DNA of 64,000 bases from a plasmid. The position numbers and the translations under genes are program-made. A model generated the notes under the pieces. That model worked only from the letters and a program-made list of their open reading frames with translations, had not been told where the DNA came from and made no database searches. Within the stretch, counting starts at the first letter, position 1; each line of letters begins with the position of its first letter. Below are positions 1 to 9,132 of the stretch, in pieces. Where the stretch lies: sequence record CP071152.1; one strand, 5' to 3'.

Positions 1-2
1 TG

Positions 3-236
3 TTTATCTACCGCGACAGTGTCTACGACGACAAATCCGGCTGGGGCTCGGTTGCGGAACTCATCAACGGCAAGCGCCGCCGGGGTGAAGCTCAGAGCAG
101 TTACCTGGACTTCAAAGCGGGCCACTTCTGCGATGTGCCTCCGGGCTTTACGCCGCCTATTGCACAGATACAGGCGGCCAGCGCCAGTCAGCGCAGCTTT
201 AAGACGATGCGGGGCCTTCGCACCTATGACTATTAG
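3..236 (+). CDS. C-terminal fragment of a protein starting upstream of the window (frame 3; ...FIYRDSVYDDKSGWGSVAELINGKRRRGEAQSSYLDFKAGHFCDVPPGF...)
   Basis: Open frame runs from the window edge to a stop at 234-236. Plausible amino-acid composition; it overlaps the frame-1 ORF 19..540, which looks less protein-like at its 5' end. Confidence 0.3.
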   Translation, partial: FIYRDSVYDDKSGWGSVAELINGKRRRGEAQSSYLDFKAGHFCDVPPGFTPPIAQIQAASASQRSFKTMRGLRTYDY

Positions 237-540
237 TTTCCTGTGGATGCTCGGTTTGCTGATGGCTGACTCGGTACCGCTTGAAGTAAAAGACCTGCTC
301 TGTGAAGAGATCAAGCAGGGCCAAGATCTGGAGAACACGAAGCAGCTGTTGGAGCTGAGCTGGCTCTCGAAGGGGGACACTGTGACGGGTCATACCGCCA
401 TCGCAGATGTCCTTGGAGGAGAATCAGGGGCCATTGAATCGGTGACCGAGAGTTCGGTCGCGGATTATGCGCCCGGCACACAGTTGCAGTTCACCAGGGT
501 TGAATCGGAAGGAAAGGAATGGGTATGCGTAAAACAATGA
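226..540 (+). CDS. Hypothetical small protein (MTISFLWMLGLLMADSVPLEVKDLL...)
   Basis: Internal ATG of ORF 19..540; the upstream part of that ORF overlaps a better frame-3 ORF. Start choice is uncertain. Confidence 0.25.
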   Translation: MTISFLWMLGLLMADSVPLEVKDLLCEEIKQGQDLENTKQLLELSWLSKGDTVTGHTAIADVLGGESGAIESVTESSVADYAPGTQLQFTRVESEGKEWVCVKQ

Positions 541-1232
541 TCGCCCTGTTGGCTGCCAGCGCCAGCATATCGGCTCTGGCCAACACCAATGGGTCTGACA
601 TCTGGCAGCAATATACGCCATTGATGGTCACCGAGATCTACGCGATGACGGCCAGCAGTGACGAGGTGGTGTCGGTATTGCAGGCGGAGGGTGACTTTTT
701 GCTGTCAAACCTGGGTGTAGCGCACAATCCCCGCCTCCAGAGCATGAGCCAGGCGATCCTCGCCATGGAGGAACGCGGCATGTTTCGCGGCACGCTCGAC
801 ATGCTGGGTGAGGCCCTGCTGGTACCGGAGCTACTCCCAACGCTGCCGCGAGACGAGACCATTGCCGTGCTGATGGCCAAGCCTGACACCTTCACGGCGA
901 TCAAGGGCTGTCTTCGGGACGACGAGTTCAGCAAGCAGGCTGCCTGCCACGCGCTGGGGCTCTATATGGCAGCTGTCCGGGTCAAACCAAAGCCCGATGA
1001 GCTGAAAGTGTTGGCTAACGAGTTCATGAACCCGATAGGGGTCTATCCGACCATCCTCGATATTTCTCGCTTCCTGGTGAAGAGCAACATGCAGGAGATC
1101 CCGATCGTGGATACCGGCTCTGCCCATTCCGCGTCCACCCATGCTGTCGGGCAGCACGAAGCGGGATTAGAGGTGATGAAGGCAAAGCGGCTTATTATCA
1201 ATGCGGTCGGGGAGGTCAGCCGATTGGAGTAA
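525..1232 (+). CDS. Hypothetical secreted protein with an N-terminal signal peptide (MRKTMIALLAASASISALA)
   Basis: ORF 519..1232; hydrophobic signal-like N-terminus after the second Met; no recognised domain. Confidence 0.5.
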   Translation: MRKTMIALLAASASISALANTNGSDIWQQYTPLMVTEIYAMTASSDEVVSVLQAEGDFLLSNLGVAHNPRLQSMSQAILAMEERGMFRGTLDMLGEALLVPELLPTLPRDETIAVLMAKPDTFTAIKGCLRDDEFSKQAACHALGLYMAAVRVKPKPDELKVLANEFMNPIGVYPTILDISRFLVKSNMQEIPIVDTGSAHSASTHAVGQHEAGLEVMKAKRLIINAVGEVSRLE

Positions 1233-1309
1233 GGGCTGTAGGTGCAGGGCCCCAAATTAACGGGGCCTTATCGACAGTGGTCGCAAGCTGAACCAAGCGA
1301 CCTGCTCAA

Positions 1310-2455
1310 TCACGAGGAATGTGGTGCTTTCCCCGACAACGCCGCAATCAAGTCCACGTTCTGCTTCGTCAAACTCGTCAGGTGACCTTCCAACCGTGCA
1401 ACCTCGACACGGGCTTGAGTCGCCTCTTCCTGCGCTTTGACGGCCTCCTGGAGGCTAATCTCGCAATCTTCTTTGGCGCTTGCGAGGGCCTGCTCTTGAG
1501 CAGTCAGCTTCTCGCTATCCCGGCCCTGTCGCTGGATCAACTCCTCACGGGAGTGAGTGAGCTCGTCGATCTGCTGGCGTAACCCGCCAATCTCCTCCAG
1601 GGACGCAGAGTTAGCCTTGGTAAGAGCCTCATTGGCCGCCTGGAGGGCAGACTCGGCAGTGGCACGGCGTTCACGCTGTTGCACCAACTCTTCATGGAGT
1701 GTGTCTCTCTCACGCTTGACCTCATCAAGCTGAGTGAGAACCGCCTGTTTGTCCTCGGTAGACTCGGAGATTGCCTTGGCATGGGCCGCAGCGGCGTTCT
1801 TCATTGCTTCCTCAGTGCCGGTCAGACGCTCGCGCAGTTGAACCAGCTCATCATGCAGCTGGCCCTTCACCTTGTTGATCTCAGCAACTTGAATAGCGAG
1901 TTCCTTGTTGTCCTCAATGCACTTTTGCTCTGCCTGTTCAACGGCGCTGAGCCGCTCCCGCAGCTGCGCCACCTCGATCGCTAGTAGCTCGCGCTGGGCG
2001 TTGGCAGATTTGAGGTCATCGTTCAGGCCAGTGATGGTCTCCTGAGCCTCGCGCAAATCATTGGTGACCTGCTCATTGATGTTTGAGGCCTCTTCCAGAT
2101 CACCGAGCAATTCCTCTCTGTATCGCTGGGCCTTTGCTTGCTCTTCGCTCACCCGAAGATCGGCGCTCACTATGGCCTGATGGTGAAGTTCTGTGACGGT
2201 ATCAATCAGAAACTTAGAGATGTCAGCGGTCTTTTTCTCCAACTCCACCTCAACGTGGAGGGGCAGGGGCAACTTACTCTCGTCCCCGGCAAGCACCTGT
2301 GTCTTCAAAAAATCCGTCCACACCTTCATCAAACGTGTGGGATTGCCCCCCTTGCACTCACGAGCAAGCTTGAACCCAGAGATCGTAGTGTCGGCTTTTA
2401 GCAGTCTATTTCCAGCTTCGATGATGACTTCATCGCTGATCTCGGGTGTCCGCAT
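1310..2455 (-). CDS. KfrA-like plasmid/ICE protein: N-terminal DNA-binding region plus a long Ala/Glu/Gln/Leu-rich coiled coil
   Basis: Heptad-rich low-complexity coiled coil (EELLGDLEEASN..., LRERL..., EQAEQK...) typical of KfrA-family proteins. Start taken at MRTPEISDEV, internal to ORF 1310..2701. Confidence 0.55.
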   Translation of the reverse strand: MRTPEISDEVIIEAGNRLLKADTTISGFKLARECKGGNPTRLMKVWTDFLKTQVLAGDESKLPLPLHVEVELEKKTADISKFLIDTVTELHHQAIVSADLRVSEEQAKAQRYREELLGDLEEASNINEQVTNDLREAQETITGLNDDLKSANAQRELLAIEVAQLRERLSAVEQAEQKCIEDNKELAIQVAEINKVKGQLHDELVQLRERLTGTEEAMKNAAAAHAKAISESTEDKQAVLTQLDEVKRERDTLHEELVQQRERRATAESALQAANEALTKANSASLEEIGGLRQQIDELTHSREELIQRQGRDSEKLTAQEQALASAKEDCEISLQEAVKAQEEATQARVEVARLEGHLTSLTKQNVDLIAALSGKAPHSS

Positions 2456-2948
2456 GGCAAATCTCCAAAAATGTGTTCGGGGGAGTATAGGGTAAGCATT
2501 AGTACAAACAAACGAACAAACTAACAAACAAACAAAAGAACTTATGCGCAAAGGGTGTCGAGCGAGTCTATTAAGGTTTACCGCGAGCTGGAACACTAGA
2601 CGGTCTTGCCTGTGGTGAATTACCAGGGACATTGACCAGCAGCGCCCACGTTGGCGTAGGGCCTGGCTCACCGGAAGGTGGGTATCAAGGGGCAGATCCA
2701 ACCACTCAGGCCGCCAAGGTGCTGGCTAAGATCGGCCAGATCGTGGTGGTGCAATTGCTGCTTGGCCACCCTGAACCCGATCATGAACCGCCCTACCTGG
2801 ATGGTGAGGCCAGATGTTCTCAGGCAGGCATTTATGGTGCTCTTATGAGTAGAAATTCACTATTTACGTAGATACATATGTTGACACATTACCGAGTGAG
2901 GAATAATGTAGATACATGTGTTGCTACAGCCGTGTGTGAGGATTTTAT

Positions 2949-3209
2949 ATGCAAAGTGAAATTAAGCGTTGGGGGAACAGTGCGGCGGTTCGCATACCCA
3001 GCAAGATTTTGGCGCAAGCCAATCTGGATGTATCCAGCCCAATCAGCATTGAAGTAAAGGCTGGGAAAATTGTTATTGGCGCTGACGTGAATACAAAGCG
3101 AAAGGTGAACCTGCCGTTCAGTGAAGCCTTTTTGCTGGAAGGACTGGATGCACATAGCGCCCATGCTGATGAGCTTGCTCAACCTTCAATTACTGAGCTG
3201 GGGGCTTGA
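2949..3209 (+). CDS. MazE/PemI-type antitoxin (SpoVT/AbrB fold)
   Basis: Signature RWGNSAAVRIP motif; 86 aa; 4-bp ATGA overlap with the downstream toxin gene. Confidence 0.8.
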   Translation: MQSEIKRWGNSAAVRIPSKILAQANLDVSSPISIEVKAGKIVIGADVNTKRKVNLPFSEAFLLEGLDAHSAHADELAQPSITELGA

Positions 3210-3571
3210 TGGCGCAGTACATACCAGATCGTAACGACATCATTATGCTGGACTTTGAACCCATCAAGGGCAAGGAGATCGGTAAATACCGACCCGCCCT
3301 GGTACTGTCCTCGAAGCAGTACAACAAGCAAACCGGATTGCTTATCTGCTGCCCAATCAGCACCAGTATTCGCAATCATCCGACCGAAGTCTCGGTAGGC
3401 AATATTGATGATCCATCTGTTGTTGCCTCAAGCCTGATCCAAACCCTCTCGTGGAAGGAGCGCCGAGCCAAGTTCGTCGCCAAGGCAGAGCCCGGAGTCA
3501 TGGATGAGGTGCTGGTGAGGATCATTCCATTGATCGGGGCTGATGGCGTCATCGAGAAATTCATCGAGTAA
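3206..3571 (+). CDS. MazF/PemK-type endoribonuclease toxin
   Basis: PemK/MazF-like motifs (PDRNDIIMLDFEPIKGKEIGKYRPALVLS); 121 aa; translationally coupled to the antitoxin. Confidence 0.85.
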   Translation: MMAQYIPDRNDIIMLDFEPIKGKEIGKYRPALVLSSKQYNKQTGLLICCPISTSIRNHPTEVSVGNIDDPSVVASSLIQTLSWKERRAKFVAKAEPGVMDEVLVRIIPLIGADGVIEKFIE

Positions 3572-3798
3572 TAGGAAAAATGGACTTGCAAGCGTGAGAT
3601 TGGTTAGACGGGCAAAGGCTGCTGCAAAGGCAAGTGCTCAAGCGTCTGCCGCCAACAAGATTGGGTTGAGGCATTTAAATCAGAGTACGGCCACGACGAT
3701 ATTTCAGATGCGCTTGTGGAACACATCGACTACGTGAAAGCGGACGGCAAAGAAGACGCCAAACTCACCGCCGAGTTTATCGACACTCATTCTTTCTA

Positions 3799-4413
3799 GT
3801 GATGGACAAGATAATGACAAATTTGAGCAAATGGATGTCGGAACGTGAAGTACCTATGGTGCTTCCCGTTATCCTGGGACTGCCGCTCCCAAGCCTACTG
3901 ATTTTTGGCTGCTTGTTACCCAATGCGATAAGCGTTATCTATGGACTACCGCACCTTAACATTCTTGTTTCGGGTAGCGGGTTACCCCATGAGGTAACGC
4001 TGCTATACACCCGCTTCTGCATCGCGCTAGTTTGCCATATGTGGCTGGTTTCTGGTTGGTACAAGAGGTTTAAAATTGAAACCTTTGCCAACCCAACTAG
4101 CTTACTCCGTGGCCCTCTCACCCTGATGATTAAAGGAATACCCGCAGACTTCTTCGATCGGTTTAATGATGAAATGTATATCGCACACAGTAACTTTAGT
4201 AAGAACAACTACTGTCTCGACCTCCACAATCCTCACGTGATAAATATCGTTGTCCCAGCCAGACACAGATACCTCAAGAGGGCCTTGGCCATTCACGCCA
4301 TGACGCATGGGTGCCAGATCCGATTCATTGATGGAGCCATATTCGAGGTGCTTGGACAAACAACCATGCTAGAGAGAAAAACAGATGCCCAAGGTGCTTG
4401 TTCAGCGCAATAA
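3799..4413 (+). CDS. Hypothetical protein in a low-GC (~47%) islet; hydrophobic N-terminus
   Basis: Longest ORF in a compositionally atypical segment; no recognisable motif. Confidence 0.35.
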   Translation: MMDKIMTNLSKWMSEREVPMVLPVILGLPLPSLLIFGCLLPNAISVIYGLPHLNILVSGSGLPHEVTLLYTRFCIALVCHMWLVSGWYKRFKIETFANPTSLLRGPLTLMIKGIPADFFDRFNDEMYIAHSNFSKNNYCLDLHNPHVINIVVPARHRYLKRALAIHAMTHGCQIRFIDGAIFEVLGQTTMLERKTDAQGACSAQ

Positions 4414-4536
4414 ATGGCACCAGGCCTTCGATAGCGTGTGCGTGACATAGTCCTGATGGACAACGCCATCGCCGATACCCGAGGGCGCAAAGATCTCAAG
4501 ACGGCTCACCGGAGTGAGGGGCTGCCAGCAGGGCAC

Positions 4537-4980
4537 CTAGCCGGGCAGATCAAAGGGCTTGTTGTTAGGCAGGTATTGACGACGTTCGATCTGAACGAGC
4601 AGCGCATCCCAATGGGCCTGCACCAGCCCGAGCTGTAAGCGCCCCTCCTGCCAAAACCCGGGAGAGATTTTGACGGTCTCCCAGATCCGCATCTCATCGA
4701 CAGTCAGCAGATCAGCACGAAGCCGGGCCAGATTACACAGCCTGGTTGGCTCATCGGTAGACCAGATCTGATCGACCATCGCCAGAAATGAGATCCCCTC
4801 ACCACCCTCACTCATTAAGAACGTATCGGCAGCGGCCCGCTCAACCGACCGCTCGATGACCGCAGTCAAGCCGCGCTTCTGCTCTCTGCCAAGCAGGTCT
4901 ATCAGGTATTTCGAGCGGGGATCCAGCCGCAACGACAAGGTGACGCTGGTGGGGCTCTTGGATTTGTTCTGGATGGTCAT
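4537..4980 (-). CDS. Hypothetical protein, possibly ribbon-helix-helix-like N-terminus (SVTLSLRLDPRSKYLIDLLGREQKRGLTAVIERSV)
   Basis: Start at MTIQNK inside ORF 4537..5160; located at the distal end of the minus-strand transfer operon. Confidence 0.4.
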   Translation of the reverse strand: MTIQNKSKSPTSVTLSLRLDPRSKYLIDLLGREQKRGLTAVIERSVERAAADTFLMSEGGEGISFLAMVDQIWSTDEPTRLCNLARLRADLLTVDEMRIWETVKISPGFWQEGRLQLGLVQAHWDALLVQIERRQYLPNNKPFDLPG

Positions 4981-5099
4981 GGGCAGTGATGATGACGAAA
5001 TGAGGGGGACATGATAGCACTGGCGAGATCCGGTGGAGGCAGATGGTCCTCCAGGGACAACAATGAGCACCAGCCCGAGGAGCTGGTGCCCATGTCCGG

Positions 5100-7709
5100 T
5101 TAACGACGCATCCGTTTGATGTCCTCGGTCGCGTGGATAATGGCGTCGCGTGGGCTGCAACCCTTGTCGATGTACGACTTGATGATCTTCTTCTCGTCCG
5201 GGTCTGTGGTGTGAACCGTCATGGAGCGATCATCCATGTAGAGCCGCATGACCTGGTACAGGCCCTCGTACTGGATCATCAACTCCGAGAACATCCCTTT
5301 ATCGGTTCGAACCGACTCCATCAGGTTGAACACAAAGTTTGGGGCATCCATCAGCTTGTCGGTCTTGAGACGGCTGATAACCGGCCCCTCTTGCGCCAGG
5401 GTGAACAGCCACGGCGAGTTGGCAAAGATCGCCTTCCCGGTGCGCGATGAGTAGTAGTCCGATACCTGCTGGGTGATACAGACCCCCATCGCCTGCGTTT
5501 TACGGAATCGCCGCCAGCCAGCTTCGATAAATTCCGCGAAGAAGGCGTTGTTAGAGGCGGCTGCGCCGTCCGTAATGTACTCCCAGGCCTCGTCGAGGAT
5601 GAAGGCACGGCGACGACCGTCGTCCTTCTGGAACATCGCATCCTGCGCTTGCTGGATGACGCTCATCAGCACCACCGTCTGTAGGTTCGGTTGCGCCTTG
5701 AGCTGGCCCAATTCCGCCACGATGAAGCGTGATGAGAACCGGATGGTTGGTGATAGCCGCCGGTCAAAGAGGCGAGCGTACTTGCCATGGATAGTGAAGT
5801 CGTAGAGCTGGGCCCCGATGTCACGCACCCGCTGATCTTCGTGTTTGTTACACATCTCGGCAAACAGGGTGATGCTCGCCTCGTTGGGCGAATCCACGCA
5901 CATTTTCAACAAGATCTGCGACATGACGCTCATCTGGAAGTTGTCCATATTCCCGTCGGGAGCGGCCATCAACTTGATGATGTTGGAGATCATGGTCAGC
6001 TTGAGCGAGCCAGCCAAGGTCACATAGCCGCGGCCATTGTCCATCGTGGAATCTAACCCCGAGTTGTCATCATCGGTGAGGCCGGTGAGGTCGCAGAACG
6101 GGTCGATTGAGAAGGATTGGCCTTCGCCAAACTCAATGTACTGGGAGGAGTGGAACTGGGCAGCCAGCGCCTTGTAAGAGCCCCCCGAGTCGATGGCAAA
6201 GACTTGGCCGCCGTCCTCCGAGTGCAGGTTGCCGGGCACGCCCGTGGTCAGCAATTGTTTGACCAGGTTACCCGCCAGCACCGATTTACCGGCCCCTGAC
6301 CGCGCCGCGATGGCGATATTGAACGAGGCGTTCGTTTTGAAGGGGTCGATGCTGATGATTTGACCCTCGCGGGAGTAGCCAACCAGCACCGGGTTGTTGC
6401 TATTGCCTTTCCACGGGCCATAGATGGGCGCGGCACAGGAGAGGTACTTACTGGTGAAGACCTCTTGGCGCTGCAACATACCCCGGATCTGCTGATCATA
6501 CCCGTGGCATAGCGGCATGATTTCCATCATCAGAGGCATGGCCACGAAGCGATCCACCGCGTAGCCGAAGCCACGACCATCCAGGAAGGTGGTGGCCGCT
6601 TTGGTGGCCTCATCCTGGCTCCCGTCGTTGTCGAGGAACAGCGTAACCTGAGTCCAGCAGTTGACGATGACCTGATTCTCTTGCTCAAGCTCGTGCTCGA
6701 TGGCCTTCAAATCTTCGTACTGATAGCGCAGCCGGTTGGAATACTTCATCACGCCAGCGGATTCCTGGTTGGTAACCAGCACCTTTTTGGCATCAAATGA
6801 GGACTTTGACTTTTTGCGGTTCGGAAAGTGGATGTTGAGGGAGACCATGAAATCGGAGCTCAGCCCGCCAAAGCCCTTTTCCCAATCGCTGTAGAAGCCG
6901 TACATGTCACCGATGGAGGCGTAGTCAGGGCGCTTGAAGCAGTTCAGCACCCGCACCACACGGTTCTCGTCCGGGTTGGCGGGATTGCCCTGGAGCACCA
7001 CACCATCATTGTCCACGGTGATCATTCGGCCAGGCTGGAGCACTTGATGTCTCAGCGGGACACTGGGCTTGAAATGCACTTTGCCTTTGGCCCACGAAGT
7101 TTGCTTGCCCGGATTGAGCATCACCTGCATCCGGCGCAACCACATCTCGTTGTTGGCGACAATGGGAGAGGCCCCCATGGACTTGAGGCTCTGGAGCATG
7201 TCTTTTTTGATCTCGACCGCCCGATCGACCTCTGCCTGTGTCGGGATCTGGTTCGCAATGGGAAACGTCAGGGAGTACCACACCTCAAAATCGCGGGCCT
7301 TGAGGGGGGATTTGCCCGGACGCAGGCCATCATCGGAGGCTGAGTGCATGTAGTCCTGGGCGAGCTCACCTAGCAGGTTTTCAAACTCCCAATCCTCCTT
7401 CTCCATCCGACCCCAGCGCAATTTGTCCCAGGCGTTGTTCACACCGACCATGTCCCGGTTAGCAACCGTGCTGATCACCATGGTGGTGTCGTCGGGGTAT
7501 TGGTAGGTGAACATGGAGCCGAGCAGGTTGCGCATTTCAGCCGAGACGCCGTTGAGCGGCTGACACACGATCATGAAGCCAATCGTGGCCGGGTCGAGCA
7601 GGAACAGTTGCTCATCGACGTAATAATCCAGCACGGGAACCATGTCCCCGAACTTGTTGTGTTCGCTCATCGAGCGCAAACGCTGGGTGATAGACGAGAA
7701 CATAGCCAT
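5100..7709 (-). CDS. traC: Conjugative transfer ATPase, VirB4/TraC-like, of the ICEclc/PAPI-1 (PFL_4706-type) family
   Basis: 869 aa; Walker A GAGKSVLAGN; strong overall resemblance to ICE-type TraC ATPases. Confidence 0.9.
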   Translation of the reverse strand: MAMFSSITQRLRSMSEHNKFGDMVPVLDYYVDEQLFLLDPATIGFMIVCQPLNGVSAEMRNLLGSMFTYQYPDDTTMVISTVANRDMVGVNNAWDKLRWGRMEKEDWEFENLLGELAQDYMHSASDDGLRPGKSPLKARDFEVWYSLTFPIANQIPTQAEVDRAVEIKKDMLQSLKSMGASPIVANNEMWLRRMQVMLNPGKQTSWAKGKVHFKPSVPLRHQVLQPGRMITVDNDGVVLQGNPANPDENRVVRVLNCFKRPDYASIGDMYGFYSDWEKGFGGLSSDFMVSLNIHFPNRKKSKSSFDAKKVLVTNQESAGVMKYSNRLRYQYEDLKAIEHELEQENQVIVNCWTQVTLFLDNDGSQDEATKAATTFLDGRGFGYAVDRFVAMPLMMEIMPLCHGYDQQIRGMLQRQEVFTSKYLSCAAPIYGPWKGNSNNPVLVGYSREGQIISIDPFKTNASFNIAIAARSGAGKSVLAGNLVKQLLTTGVPGNLHSEDGGQVFAIDSGGSYKALAAQFHSSQYIEFGEGQSFSIDPFCDLTGLTDDDNSGLDSTMDNGRGYVTLAGSLKLTMISNIIKLMAAPDGNMDNFQMSVMSQILLKMCVDSPNEASITLFAEMCNKHEDQRVRDIGAQLYDFTIHGKYARLFDRRLSPTIRFSSRFIVAELGQLKAQPNLQTVVLMSVIQQAQDAMFQKDDGRRRAFILDEAWEYITDGAAASNNAFFAEFIEAGWRRFRKTQAMGVCITQQVSDYYSSRTGKAIFANSPWLFTLAQEGPVISRLKTDKLMDAPNFVFNLMESVRTDKGMFSELMIQYEGLYQVMRLYMDDRSMTVHTTDPDEKKIIKSYIDKGCSPRDAIIHATEDIKRMRR

Positions 7710-7718
7710 ATGAATCCC

Positions 7719-8342
7719 TCACTTCTTGAGCAATTCAGAGGGCACAGCTACAACGCCCGGAGTGTTGCTGATCTTCTTGACGCCCAACGGGTCGACGGTG
7801 TTGTTGACCTTGGCCTTATGGCCCAGGTTGCCGTCAGCATCTTGCCGCATTTGAAGAGGGATGATCTTGGCAGGCTGCTTGTTGGCGGCAGCACCGACGA
7901 GCCAGCGTTTAGGCTCGACCTCGACATAGGCGTAGCCGGGCATGTTGAGGGACTGTGCTTCGTCTTCATAGGCAGCAAACAGCACCCGCAAGATCCGCGC
8001 ATCAGCACGAACGGCCATGGGCTCAGGTGCGGAGAAGTCGTCGCGATAGAGAGAGAGGGAGTTGGATGGCACGACCCCTACCGCAGGAACGTCGACGACA
8101 GCGCCAGAGTCGTCGGCCTTATCTCCAGCGGCAACCGGCTTTTTTTCGTCGTCATCCAGACCGTCCTGTGACCCGTCAAACAAGCTGGTCTTGCTGTTGG
8201 TGATCTCATACACCTCCCGGGGGCCTTTACACACATAACCGTTAGGCTTGCCCGGACAGCTGGATTCCGATTGGCCAACGACGGAGCAACCCACCAGGGG
8301 CAGCGTCAACATAAACAACAGGGTTCGCGCAGTGATCCGCAT
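7719..8342 (-). CDS. ICE conjugative lipoprotein (lipobox LTLPLVGC)
   Basis: Start chosen at MRITARTLLFMLTLPLVGCS to avoid an 83-bp overlap with the upstream gene; signal peptide plus lipobox cysteine. Confidence 0.55.
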   Translation of the reverse strand: MRITARTLLFMLTLPLVGCSVVGQSESSCPGKPNGYVCKGPREVYEITNSKTSLFDGSQDGLDDDEKKPVAAGDKADDSGAVVDVPAVGVVPSNSLSLYRDDFSAPEPMAVRADARILRVLFAAYEDEAQSLNMPGYAYVEVEPKRWLVGAAANKQPAKIIPLQMRQDADGNLGHKAKVNNTVDPLGVKKISNTPGVVAVPSELLKK

Positions 8343-8352
8343 AATCGTATCC

Positions 8353-9120
8353 TTACTTCTCAGCATCATCAGACGGGCGACGTTCATTGAGGAACGCCAA
8401 TAAATCAGGTGGGGTACCGGCTTGAGCAAGCCCATCTACCCGCCAGATGGCAGGCAGCCCCTTGAGGTTGAAGGTGCGCGTCAGCATGGTGTTGAGTAAC
8501 ACCCGCTGTCCTTTGCACGCCTTCTGCTCGGGCAGTGTCGGGTAGGGCTGGCCCTTGAAGAGCAGATCCAGCACCTCCCGGCCCTTGTTGTAGTTGGTTT
8601 CGTAGGTACACCACAGATTGAGCGCAGTCAGAATGGACTCCTGCCCAGAGATCGGGGTGATCATGATCTCGACATGGACCTTGTCGCGGTTCTCCGCCAG
8701 CTGCTTGAGCAATGCAGTACACGAAGGACAATAGGGGTCCACCATGATGCGAGCCTGGAGCGGCAGCTGCGGGTTGCCGTAGGGGATGGTGCCGATGTCG
8801 ACCAGGTTGAGACCCATGTTGCCCAAGGTGAGGTACTGGGCATCCACGGCGTCCTTCACATTACGGACAGCTTTGTTGGTGTAGACATCCTGTAGGTATC
8901 CCTTGAGGAAATAACGACCATTCGTGCTGACGATGACATCGTTGCCATTTTTGTCCTTGGCGGCCACCAACCCATCCAGCGGGAGCGGGACTGATTTAAC
9001 TACGTTCTGTCCTACGGCCTTCTCCGTCTCCTGCTGGGACAAGGGGGGCGCTTCTGCAAAGGCAAGGGCGCTCACCAGGAGGGGAAGTGTTGCTATCAGT
9101 GTTGGCTTTATTCGCATCAT
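8353..9120 (-). CDS. DsbC-like thiol:disulfide interchange protein associated with the ICE T4SS
   Basis: Signal peptide MMRIKPTLIATLPLLVSALAFA; thioredoxin-fold CPSC active-site motif. Confidence 0.75.
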   Translation of the reverse strand: MMRIKPTLIATLPLLVSALAFAEAPPLSQQETEKAVGQNVVKSVPLPLDGLVAAKDKNGNDVIVSTNGRYFLKGYLQDVYTNKAVRNVKDAVDAQYLTLGNMGLNLVDIGTIPYGNPQLPLQARIMVDPYCPSCTALLKQLAENRDKVHVEIMITPISGQESILTALNLWCTYETNYNKGREVLDLLFKGQPYPTLPEQKACKGQRVLLNTMLTRTFNLKGLPAIWRVDGLAQAGTPPDLLAFLNERRPSDDAEK

Positions 9121-9132
9121 CGCTCCTATGGA

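Noticed and set aside
19-540. Single 173-aa ORF spanning 19..540
   Set aside because: The 5' half overlaps a more protein-like frame-3 ORF that ends at 236. It is more likely split into an upstream gene C-terminus and a shorter downstream ORF, though neither is well supported.
6828-8171. Plus-strand ORFs (171 and 223 aa) overlapping traC
   Set aside because: Antisense to a well-supported conjugative ATPase gene, with high-GC shadow-frame composition.
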